NCBI GenBank assembly: GCA_963703365.1
Contig: OY969815.1
Coordinates: forward strand, 1,152,270 to 1,216,269
DNA: 64,000 nt
Source of the DNA: an uncultured Bacteroidota bacterium
GTDB taxonomy: Bacteria > Bacteroidota > Ignavibacteria > Kryptoniales > JAKASW01
Reading direction: 5' to 3'
Of the stretch, positions 8,650 to 17,343 are shown piece after piece. A program made the position numbers and the translations under genes. The notes under the pieces were generated by a model. The model ran no database searches. It saw nothing but the letters and a program-made list of their open reading frames with translations, and had not been told where the DNA came from. Position 1 is the first letter of the stretch; each line of letters opens with the position of its first letter.

Positions 8650-9005
8650 TGGCTAAGATCGTGGCTATCGTAAACGATTTGATTTTTATGACTAAAATTC
8701 GGAATGCTGCGGAGCATTTCGGGCTGACGGTCGGATTCGCCGGGAATGAAAACCAGATCGAGCATTTCCTGAAAAATTGCAAATTAGTTATCATTGATCT
8801 CGAAAATGACTTCCTTGACTCTATCGATTTGATCGAACGTCTCAAAAAAAATCCGGCAACTGCTTCGATAAAAACTATCGGTTATCTTTCGCATATTAAC
8901 ACACCGCTCAAGGCAGACGCTTTTTCGGCAGGATGCAATGAAATCCTCTCACGTTTCGAGTTCAATTCTAATCTGAAAGAAATTTTGCAAGCATCTTGTT
9001 TTTAG
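8649..9005 (+). CDS. receiver-like (degenerate CheY fold) protein, function unknown
   Basis: The alternating beta/alpha pattern KIVAIVND .. LVIIDLEN .. TIGYLSH resembles a receiver domain, but the conserved Lys-Pro region is absent. The GTG start overlaps the upstream stop by 1 nt. Confidence 0.45.
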   Translation: MAKIVAIVNDLIFMTKIRNAAEHFGLTVGFAGNENQIEHFLKNCKLVIIDLENDFLDSIDLIERLKKNPATASIKTIGYLSHINTPLKADAFSAGCNEILSRFEFNSNLKEILQASCF

Positions 9006-9045
9006 TCCCACGTTTCATTACGCAAATTTTACTTCTAGGCGGCCA

Positions 9046-9885
9046 ATGAATTTACCGCAGCCCCGAGTAGGGGAAATTCGACTTTCTTTGATCATTGCGG
9101 TTTATAATAAACCGGAAATCCTTCGGTATATACTGGCGTCGTGCGCAAGGCAATCGTTTCAGAATTTCGAAGTCATTATAGCTGATGACGGCTCAGAACA
9201 GGAGATTAAAGATGTTGCTATGCAGTCAAAAGAAGTTTTTAATTTTCCAATCACTCATTTGTGGCACGATGATATCGGCTGGCGAAAAAATAAAATGTTG
9301 AACAATGCAATTCGCGCCGCGACCTCCGAATATTTGGTTTTCACTGATGGCGATTGTCTTCCCGCGAAAGATTTTTTACTCGATCATTGGAGAGAAAAGG
9401 AAAAGGGAAAAATTCTCTTCGGAAGGCGAGTCGAGACGAGTGAAAGATGGGCAAATGCTCTCACGCTGGAAAAGACATTAAACGGAAAATTTGAGAGAAT
9501 AGGCTTCGCAGAGCTAATAGAAGGATTGAAAGGGAACGCATTACGGCTTGAAGATGGAATAAGAATTAAGAGCCGCGTAATCAGGAAAATTTTATTTCGC
9601 CGCACCAAAAGCATATTGGGAAGTAATTTTTCAGTGCATAAAGCTGATATAATCGCGATTAACGGTTTTGACGAGGCGTATGACGGTCCAGGGCTCGGTG
9701 AGGATTCCGACATTCAGTACAGGCTGTCGCTCATCGGAGTGACGGGAAAATCTCTTCGCAACTTAGCGATTCAATTTCATGTGTGCCATCCTCACACCAA
9801 ACCTTCGGAAAAATCGACAAAGAGATTTGAAGAGATAAAAAAGATCAAGGAACCGAAATGCAAGTGCGGATTGGAGAAATTGTAA
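9046..9885 (+). CDS. family 2 glycosyltransferase
   Basis: LSLIIAVYNKPEILRYILASCARQSFQNFEVIIADDGS and the FTDGDC (DxD) motif. Confidence 0.8.
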   Translation: MNLPQPRVGEIRLSLIIAVYNKPEILRYILASCARQSFQNFEVIIADDGSEQEIKDVAMQSKEVFNFPITHLWHDDIGWRKNKMLNNAIRAATSEYLVFTDGDCLPAKDFLLDHWREKEKGKILFGRRVETSERWANALTLEKTLNGKFERIGFAELIEGLKGNALRLEDGIRIKSRVIRKILFRRTKSILGSNFSVHKADIIAINGFDEAYDGPGLGEDSDIQYRLSLIGVTGKSLRNLAIQFHVCHPHTKPSEKSTKRFEEIKKIKEPKCKCGLEKL

Positions 9886-9969
9886 ACAGTGAGAAACAAG
9901 AAACAATTAGTTTTCAATGAGAAAGTCAAATCGGATGTAGTTCTTATTTTCAATATTAACCACAAGAAT

Positions 9970-10052
9970 AGACCCTATCCCCGCAGGGACATTGCGGGAA
10001 GGGTCTAATCTGAGGGTAAGGGGCTTTAATTCTCTCTCCCGCGAGGAGAGAG
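9970..10052. repeat. pair of strong GC-rich hairpins (REP-like extragenic palindromes)
   Basis: The first hairpin pairs agaccct(9970-76) with agggtct(10000-06) and encloses cccgca/tgcggg. The second pairs ctctctcc(10032-39) with ggagagag(10045-52) around loop cgcga. Both lie in the GT2-fmt gap. Confidence 0.6.
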
Positions 10053-10125
10053 TCAGGGTGAGGTCGGAGTGTAAGATTTTTCGTCGATAATTAATTAATT
10101 TGATTAACAAAAATAGCGATGTTAA

Positions 10126-11061
10126 GTGAAAATTGTTTTCATGGGTACGCCGGAGTTTGCGGTCCCTTCGCTGCAAGCAATAGTCAGAGCCGGTTATGAA
10201 ATTGCGACTGTCGTTACCAATCAGGACGAGCGGCAAGGAAGAGGGTTGAAAATTTTTGCGCCGCCTGTAAAAACTGCCGCAATCGAGTTGGGTTTGCCGG
10301 TTCTTCAAGTCTCATCTTTAAAAAATGCTGAAATTGTGTCGCGGCTCAAAAGCATAGCCCCAGATATAATGGTTGTCGTTGCATTCAGAATTTTACCAAA
10401 GGAAATTTTTACAATTCCACGATTAGGGACGTTCAATCTTCATGGGTCGCTATTGCCGAAGTATCGTGGTGCAGCGCCGATTAGTTGGGCAATAATAAAT
10501 GGTGAGCATGAGACCGGCGTTACGACGTTTTTCCTTGATGAGGAAGTTGATACGGGGAAAATCATCCTTCAGAGGAGAACACAAATCGGAGAAAATGAAA
10601 CTGCGGGTGAAGTGGCACAGCGACTTTCGTCTCTCGGTGCGGATGTTGTAGTCGAAACGATTAAGTTGATACAACAAGGCAACGTCCGGATTATTGAGCA
10701 GGACAGTTTGATTTCCTCAAAGGCGCCGAAAATTCGGAAAGAGGATTGTCTGATCGACTGGTCGAAACCGGCAGCGGATGTCCATAATTTCATTCGTGGT
10801 TTCTCGCCCGAGCCTGGAGCATACACTTTCTTGAACGAGAAAATGTTGAAAATTGTCAGAACTTATTTGACAAACTATCGATCAAATCTAGATGCCGGAA
10901 CAATTAATATCGATTCCGGGAAGTTTTTTGTATCCTGTGCGGACGGCTTTATTGAAATTTTGGAGTTGCAATTAGAAGGAAAGAAAAAACTTAGCACTGC
11001 CGATTTTCTCAGAGGCGCGCGGATTGATAGCCGTTTTCGCTTGGGCACTTATAGGAAATGA
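10126..11061 (+). CDS. fmt: methionyl-tRNA formyltransferase
   Basis: KIVFMGTPEFAVPSL, NLHGSLLPKYRGAAPI and a C-terminal tRNA-binding domain. GTG start. Confidence 0.9.
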   Translation: MKIVFMGTPEFAVPSLQAIVRAGYEIATVVTNQDERQGRGLKIFAPPVKTAAIELGLPVLQVSSLKNAEIVSRLKSIAPDIMVVVAFRILPKEIFTIPRLGTFNLHGSLLPKYRGAAPISWAIINGEHETGVTTFFLDEEVDTGKIILQRRTQIGENETAGEVAQRLSSLGADVVVETIKLIQQGNVRIIEQDSLISSKAPKIRKEDCLIDWSKPAADVHNFIRGFSPEPGAYTFLNEKMLKIVRTYLTNYRSNLDAGTINIDSGKFFVSCADGFIEILELQLEGKKKLSTADFLRGARIDSRFRLGTYRK

Positions 11062-11068
11062 GTCTGTT

Positions 11069-11386
11069 TTACTTTGCCTCTTTTTCAATTTTAGCCGTTG
11101 CCGTCTTATCGACTTTTTGTTTCGGAGTTTTCTCGGGTTTGTCCGATAGATCACTTCGTTGGCTCGGCTTCGATTCGATGTTTGACGTGGTTGGTGAAGA
11201 GTTGGATTTTTTGTAATCAGTTAGATAAAATCCCGACCCTTTGAAAATTAGTCCTGCGCCTGCGCCGATGAGACGATGAACTTCCCCGCCACACGTCGGA
11301 CATCTTTTTATTGGATCATCGGTGATCGACTGAAACTCTTCGAATACGTTCCCGCATTTTTCACATTTGTATTCGTACGTTGGCAT
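11069..11386 (-). CDS. FmdB-family zinc-ribbon protein with Ser/Lys-rich tail
   Basis: MPTYEYKCEKCGNVFEEFQSITDDPIKRCPTCGG is the FmdB/CxxC-x-CxxC signature. ATG 11386 is preferred over the upstream start given in the track. Confidence 0.75.
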   Translation of the reverse strand: MPTYEYKCEKCGNVFEEFQSITDDPIKRCPTCGGEVHRLIGAGAGLIFKGSGFYLTDYKKSNSSPTTSNIESKPSQRSDLSDKPEKTPKQKVDKTATAKIEKEAK

Positions 11387-11535
11387 TCTAAAACTCCGTT
11401 TCCACAATTTTAGTGAAAATTAAAACATTAGGTCTGAACATTCAACCACACTATTTAACTAATCAAGTCTTCCGATTGTTCCATCTAATCTGATGATAGT
11501 AATCAACATAGACTAATGAAGCAGCTTAATTCTTG

Positions 11536-11563
11536 TTTACACGGACTATCTGTGTTATATTAT
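11536..11563 (+). promoter_or_regulatory. candidate sigma-70-type promoter for the initiator tRNA
   Basis: TTTACA (11536-41), 16 nt, TATTAT (11558-63), ending about 8 nt before the mature tRNA 5' end. Pattern match only. Confidence 0.3.
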
Positions 11564-11571
11564 ATTTTGAT

Positions 11572-11644
<73 letters not shown>

Positions 11645-11649
11645 CAATA

Positions 11650-11685
11650 GCCGTTGAGCTTGAAAAAGTTCAGCGGCTTTTTTTT
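11650..11685 (+). terminator. rho-independent terminator after tRNA-fMet
   Basis: A 10-bp stem pairs gccgttgagc with gttcagcggc (two G-U pairs). It has an 8-nt loop and is followed by T8 (11678-11685). Confidence 0.7.
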
Positions 11686-12056
11686 ATGGCTTTGCGGTCG
11701 GTGTTTTGCGCTTGATTTGCCGCTTTACGGACAGTCGGCTGTATATTCTAATGGTTGACTGAAAATTGACGATGCTCAACCGAACCAATTCAAGTAATGA
11801 CCTTTTTTACCGAGAAAATATAGACAAGGAAGAATGGAACGTGACTTTTTTGCTTGTAAAAGAGGTGTAATGTTTTTCTGTGCAAGCTTTAGTAGTTTAT
11901 TAATGGTTGGTCTCCTGAAGTTTAACTTAGCGATGTCAGGGGAAATTTTGTCCCAAAGGGATCCGTTCGAATTTCTTTTCAGAAGGAATCTTTCGGTTCG
12001 GAGTACGTCATTGAAGTAACAATATGGAAGTTAAATTGTATCTAGTGGAGTGAGCC

Positions 12057-15000
12057 ATGAAGACTAATGCTCGTGATCTGGCGTTAAGGCACGTGAGGGA
12101 AATCCTATATGTTATAAAAGGCAGTGACGATATATTGCAGTCGCGCATAGAATTCATGAGTGAAAGCGTGGAGAAGGTGCTGCAGTACAGCCCAAAAGAG
12201 TTTTTAGAAACTCCAGGCTTGTGGTATTCCATCATTCACCCGCAAGATATAGACAATGTCAAGAATTCGTTACGGCAAATTTGCGAGACAAAAGAATCCA
12301 TGACGCTGATTTACAGGCTTCATCACAAGAAGACCCAGAAGTATTGTTGGATAGAAGATACTATCACTCCGGAGAAAGATAGCAAAGGGATACGCTTCAT
12401 TGGAAATGCTCGGGATGTTACTGACAAAAAAGACTCAGTGACCGTGCCGATGAAAGAAGACCAACAGATTCGTGAGAGTTTTGAAAATATGATAATGGGG
12501 ATCTATCGTACAACTCCCGACGGAAAAATCCTGTTTGTCAATCAAGCACTCCTCGACATGCTTGGCTTTAAGACGTTTGATGAATTGAAGAAGAGGAATT
12601 TAGACGATGGCGGATATGAGCCGGGTTATTCGCGCAAAGAATTCCGCAGAATTCTCGAACGCGAGAAAGTGATAATGGGACTCGAGGCGACTTGGACAAG
12701 AAGTGACGGGAAAAAACTTTTCGCTCGTGAAAATGCGCGTGTAGTTTATGATGACGATGGAGATGTTCTGTACTATGAGGGCACAGTTGAAGATATTACA
12801 GATCGCAAGCTGGAAGAGGACAAGACGGCGCGTCTCAATAGACTGTTAAGAACAATGTCTGATATAAACCAATTGATTATAAGAGAAAGGGGACGTGATA
12901 ATTTATTCAACGAGGCTTGCCGCATAATTGTCGGAGATGGCGCTTATCCAATGTCATGGATCGGAGTCCTAGACGAAAGCAGCAAAGTGGTACATCCTTT
13001 GGCATGGTGTGGAGTTGAAGACGGCCACTTGCATGAAATATTTATTAAAGAAGATGGAATGCCTGATGGAGATGAGCCAGCTATCACAGTAATTCGCACA
13101 GGCAAAGCGTCGGTGTATAATGATGTCGAAATAGAAAAATATCAGAATAATAGAATAACAAGGTGGCGGGACGAAACGAGGAAAAGAGGTTTCCGCTCAG
13201 CCGGTTCTTTCCCGATCTGTGTCGCAGGAAAAGTCATCGGAGTGCTCAACGTCTTCGGTGCGTCGATAAACTCATTTGGGACTGAAGAGATTAATCTTTT
13301 ATCAAAACTAGCGGACAACATCGGATTTGCAATATGGACAATCGAAATGCAAGCAAAGGAAAAGGCTGCAAATGAGGCACTTCGTAGCGAGCGGGTTTTT
13401 CTCAGAACGTTGATCGATAATTTGCCGAATGCGATTTATGTGAAAGACAAAGAATGCCGCGCCGAAGTTGTGAATGTGGCCGCTGTTCGGAACGGAGGTA
13501 AAAATTCTGAAGCGGAAATTCTTGGCAAAACCGACTTTGATTTTTTTCCTAAAGAAATTGCCGCAAAATTCTTTGCCGACGATATGGCTGTAATCAATAG
13601 TGGTAAGCCCGTGATCAACAAAGAAGAGTTTTTCCTTGATACGGACGGAAGAAAACGTTGGCAGTTGACTTCGAAATTGCCGCTTCGCGATGGAAATGGT
13701 AATGTTGTCGGCCTTATCGGAATCGGTACCGACATTACGGAGCGGAAGAGAATGGAGGAATTGTTGCGCGAAGGCGAGGAACGTTTTCGTACAATATTTG
13801 AGAACGCCTCAATCGGGATTTATCGTACCACACCGGATGGACGCGTCCTTCTTGCAAACCCAGCGATGGTTAGGCTGCTTGGCTTTAAGAGCTTTGAAGA
13901 ACTTGCAAAATACAATATTGAGGAAGAGGGACATTATCTGGCAGAATATCCGCGTGAAAAATTCCGTGAGCTTATTGATGAAAAGGGGTACATATCGGGT
14001 CTTGAGTTAATGAAAAAGAGAAAAGACGGAAGCCTATTTTGGGTGAGAGAAAATGCGCAGGTAATTTATGACGAAAACCATAATGTGGCATATTACGAAG
14101 GGACTCTTGAGGACATCTCTGAGCGCAAGCAAGCTGAAGAAGCATTAGAGAAAGAACGAGCTCTTCTTAGAACATTAATAGATCATTTACCCTCTTCGAT
14201 ATTTATAAAGGATAAGGAATACAGGAAGACAATAATTAATCGGACGCATCTGCGAAACATTATGGGAAAGCTAAATCGTCCGGAGTTAGGATTCGAGTCG
14301 GCAATTTTGGGAAAAACTGATTTTGATATTTATCCGAAGGAATTGGCGGAAGAGTACTTTCTTGACGACCAAAAGGTGATCCGCGATGGTCAAGCGATAA
14401 TTAACAGAGAAGAACCGAGCATCACGGCGGACGGTCAGAAACGCTGGGTCACGATATCAAAAATTCCATTGCGTGACAAAGCAGGTGAGATCATCGGTAT
14501 GTTGGGGGTTTCTACGGACATTACCGAGCGTAAGCTAGTCGAAGAAGCAAAAGAGCAAGAGAATATTTTGTTACGGACATTGATCGACAATTTACCAAGT
14601 GCTGTTTTTATAAAAGACAATAAATACCGCAAGACTGTTGTTAATTCTGAGCATTTGAAAGCTGTTGCTGCTCATCTTGGTCATTTGGGACTTGATTCTC
14701 AGACTGGCCTTGTGGGGAAGACAGACTTTGATTTATACCCGAAATATCTGGCGGAACAGTATTTCGAAGAGGACCAAAGAGTTATCCGTGACGGTGTAGC
14801 CGTGATTAACGAAGAACAGGAGGGTGTGAATCCAGACGGTAAGGAAAGTTGGAATCTGGTTTCAAAGATTCCGCTGCGTGACAAAGATGGTACAATTACC
14901 GGTCTTGTGGGAATTACCACTGACGTTACTACGTTGAAGAAAAATGAAGAAGCGATCGCACGCGAACGCATTTTACTTCGAACTATAATTGACAATTTTC

Positions 15001-17198
15001 CATACGCAGTGTATGTGAAGGACGTAAATTATCGTAAAGTAATTGCGAACCCGGCGGATGTGAGTCAATGCGGATGCTCTCGTGAAGAAGAATTGATGGG
15101 AAAAACCGACTTTGATATTTTTCCAAAAGAAATTGCAGAACAATTTTTCCAAGATGATCAAAAGGTGATTCGTGACGGCGAGCCGGTGTTCAAAAGAGAA
15201 GAGCGCATTATTTTTCCTGATGGCAAAGAACATTGGCTTTTGACAAGCAAGATCCCATTAAAAGATAAAAAAGGTGCTATCACCGGTCTTGTGGGTGTCG
15301 GCATGGACATAACTGAACAAAGAGAATTAGACAAAGCGCTTCGTCAATCTGAAGCTGAACTTCGCGCACTCTTTGAGTCGATGAAAGATGTGGTTCTTGT
15401 GCTCGATAAAGACGGCAGGTATTTGAAAGTGATGTCAAATGATTCACTTTTGTATAAACCTGCTTCGGAAATTATAGGAAAAACGAATCACGAAATTTTT
15501 CCAAAGGAACAGGCCGACTTCTTTCTTTTTGTAGTCTGCAAGACTCTTGAGAGCGGAGAGCCTCAAAAGGTTGAATATGCCATTAAGATCGGAGGTGAAG
15601 AGAGATGGCGCTTTGCAACATCGACTAAATTAACGGAGGACTCCGTGCTCTGGGTCGCTCGGGATATCACGGAGCTTAAACTCAAGCAAAAAGAAATTAC
15701 GGAATCGGAAAGCAAATACAGGGAACTTGTGGAAAATTCTCTTGTCGGTGTGTATAAAGTGAATTTGAGCGGTCACATGACATATGCCAACAAGTCGATG
15801 GCGGAAATGCTTGAGTACGCTTCACCGCAAGAATTAATGTCTGTCAACTCCCTTGATTTATACGTGAGCCGTGACGAGAGAGAAGACTTGATTAATGAAC
15901 TTCGCAAAAATGGCAAGACAGAAAAGAATAAGGAAATTAAGTTTGTTACAAAGAGCGGGAAGGTCAAGAACGTTCTTATAAGTGCTTCTTTGGATGAGAC
16001 GGTTATATCAGCCATGGTGAAGGATATAACTGATATTAGGGTGCTTGAGCAGCAATTTATACAGACACAAAAATTGGAAGGACTTGGCAATATCGCTGCG
16101 GGAATAGCGCATGACTTCAACAACCTACTTGGTGTTATCATTGGATATTCAGATCTATTGACACAATCCAAATATGAGCAGCAGAAATTCGACCGCGGGA
16201 TACGCGCCATCAATAAAGCAGCGGATCGTGGCAGGTCTCTTGTGAAACAGTTGTTGACGTTTGCCCGAAAAACCGCAACGACTTTTGACTCTCTAATCGT
16301 GAATGATGTTGTAATTGAAATTGAACGACTCTTAACGGAGACCTTCCCAAAGACAATTGAAATTCATACCGAGCTTCAGAAGAAACTTCCTCCGATTTTG
16401 GCTGACTCGACACAAATTCATCAAGTGCTGCTGAATCTTTGCGTCAATGCACGCGATGCGATGCCGAGGGGGGGAAAACTTTCTATCTGGACAAGGACAG
16501 TTGAAGGTAAGACATTGTCCTCACAGCATCCTGATGCGTTAAGCGCAGAATATATTGAGATTCAAGTGAGCGACACTGGAATCGGAATGGATGAGGAAAC
16601 TCGTAGGCACATCTTTGAACCTTTCTTCACTACAAAAGGTGTTGGAAAAGGTACTGGCTTGGGACTTTCCGTGGTTTATGGGATTGCCGAAAGCCACAGA
16701 GGATTCATAGACGTTATCAGCGAATTGGGCAAGGGCACAACCTTTAGTGTATTTCTCCCTGTGCAGCAACTGGCTGTTGAGCAAGTGGAACTTAAAAGCA
16801 AAATTTCTGAGGGCATATCAGATGGAGCAGAAACCGTGCTCATTATTGAAGACGAAGAAATGCTGAGAGAGCTGCTCAGAACAATTCTTGAATCCAAAGG
16901 TTACAAAGTCATCTCTGCAAGCGATGGCGAGGAAGGTGTTCAAATGTTCTTTGAGAATAGAAACAAAGTGGCACTCGTGGTATCTGACCTTGGACTTCCA
17001 AAGTTGAGCGGCGAGGACGTGGCGAGCAGCATAAAACAAATAGACCCCGATGCGAAATTAATTATTGCAACTGGTTTCATTGACCCCGAGATGAAATCTG
17101 ATTTAGCAAAAATTGGCGTTTTATCCTTTATTCTGAAACCGTATAAAACGGATGAGGTGATCCAGGTTGTCCATGATGCTATCGCAGGAATGCGATGA
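12057..17198 (+). CDS. cytoplasmic multi-PAS/GAF hybrid sensor histidine kinase with C-terminal receiver
   Basis: 1713 aa with no obvious TM segment and about 9 PAS-like modules plus one GAF-like segment. It has a HisKA H-box (IAHDFNNLL), HATPase boxes (NLCVNARDAM, DTGIGM, GTGLGLS) and a receiver (VLIIEDEE .. VVSDLGLP .. IIATGF). Confidence 0.9.
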   Translation: MKTNARDLALRHVREILYVIKGSDDILQSRIEFMSESVEKVLQYSPKEFLETPGLWYSIIHPQDIDNVKNSLRQICETKESMTLIYRLHHKKTQKYCWIEDTITPEKDSKGIRFIGNARDVTDKKDSVTVPMKEDQQIRESFENMIMGIYRTTPDGKILFVNQALLDMLGFKTFDELKKRNLDDGGYEPGYSRKEFRRILEREKVIMGLEATWTRSDGKKLFARENARVVYDDDGDVLYYEGTVEDITDRKLEEDKTARLNRLLRTMSDINQLIIRERGRDNLFNEACRIIVGDGAYPMSWIGVLDESSKVVHPLAWCGVEDGHLHEIFIKEDGMPDGDEPAITVIRTGKASVYNDVEIEKYQNNRITRWRDETRKRGFRSAGSFPICVAGKVIGVLNVFGASINSFGTEEINLLSKLADNIGFAIWTIEMQAKEKAANEALRSERVFLRTLIDNLPNAIYVKDKECRAEVVNVAAVRNGGKNSEAEILGKTDFDFFPKEIAAKFFADDMAVINSGKPVINKEEFFLDTDGRKRWQLTSKLPLRDGNGNVVGLIGIGTDITERKRMEELLREGEERFRTIFENASIGIYRTTPDGRVLLANPAMVRLLGFKSFEELAKYNIEEEGHYLAEYPREKFRELIDEKGYISGLELMKKRKDGSLFWVRENAQVIYDENHNVAYYEGTLEDISERKQAEEALEKERALLRTLIDHLPSSIFIKDKEYRKTIINRTHLRNIMGKLNRPELGFESAILGKTDFDIYPKELAEEYFLDDQKVIRDGQAIINREEPSITADGQKRWVTISKIPLRDKAGEIIGMLGVSTDITERKLVEEAKEQENILLRTLIDNLPSAVFIKDNKYRKTVVNSEHLKAVAAHLGHLGLDSQTGLVGKTDFDLYPKYLAEQYFEEDQRVIRDGVAVINEEQEGVNPDGKESWNLVSKIPLRDKDGTITGLVGITTDVTTLKKNEEAIARERILLRTIIDNFPYAVYVKDVNYRKVIANPADVSQCGCSREEELMGKTDFDIFPKEIAEQFFQDDQKVIRDGEPVFKREERIIFPDGKEHWLLTSKIPLKDKKGAITGLVGVGMDITEQRELDKALRQSEAELRALFESMKDVVLVLDKDGRYLKVMSNDSLLYKPASEIIGKTNHEIFPKEQADFFLFVVCKTLESGEPQKVEYAIKIGGEERWRFATSTKLTEDSVLWVARDITELKLKQKEITESESKYRELVENSLVGVYKVNLSGHMTYANKSMAEMLEYASPQELMSVNSLDLYVSRDEREDLINELRKNGKTEKNKEIKFVTKSGKVKNVLISASLDETVISAMVKDITDIRVLEQQFIQTQKLEGLGNIAAGIAHDFNNLLGVIIGYSDLLTQSKYEQQKFDRGIRAINKAADRGRSLVKQLLTFARKTATTFDSLIVNDVVIEIERLLTETFPKTIEIHTELQKKLPPILADSTQIHQVLLNLCVNARDAMPRGGKLSIWTRTVEGKTLSSQHPDALSAEYIEIQVSDTGIGMDEETRRHIFEPFFTTKGVGKGTGLGLSVVYGIAESHRGFIDVISELGKGTTFSVFLPVQQLAVEQVELKSKISEGISDGAETVLIIEDEEMLRELLRTILESKGYKVISASDGEEGVQMFFENRNKVALVVSDLGLPKLSGEDVASSIKQIDPDAKLIIATGFIDPEMKSDLAKIGVLSFILKPYKTDEVIQVVHDAIAGMR
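13390..15325 (+). repeat. four paralogous PAS modules inside the kinase gene, with an unrelated PAS module between the first and second
   Basis: The module LLRT(L/I)IDN(L/F)P...KD..YR......GKTDFD.(F/Y)PKE.AE..F.DD..VI..G......E......DG...W...SK(I/L)PL(R/K)D..G...GL.G...D(I/V)T recurs at about 13390, 14161, 14573 and 14970. Confidence 0.7.
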
Positions 17199-17343
17199 AT
17201 TTTTGAAATCACTTTGAAAAAGGGCAAATAAGAATTAATTTATCACCAGTAATTAATGTTTTGTTAAGAGTTTCCGATGATAAAGATGTGAAATTGAAGC
17301 CCGGTGGAGGTTTTATATTCGTAATTACGATTAAAGGTGAAAC

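Noticed and set aside
9907-10308. 133-aa minus-strand ORF in the GT2-fmt gap
   Set aside because: It runs through the GC-rich palindromes and 180 nt of the well-supported fmt 5' end. It has a low-complexity R/L/S-rich translation and no start context.
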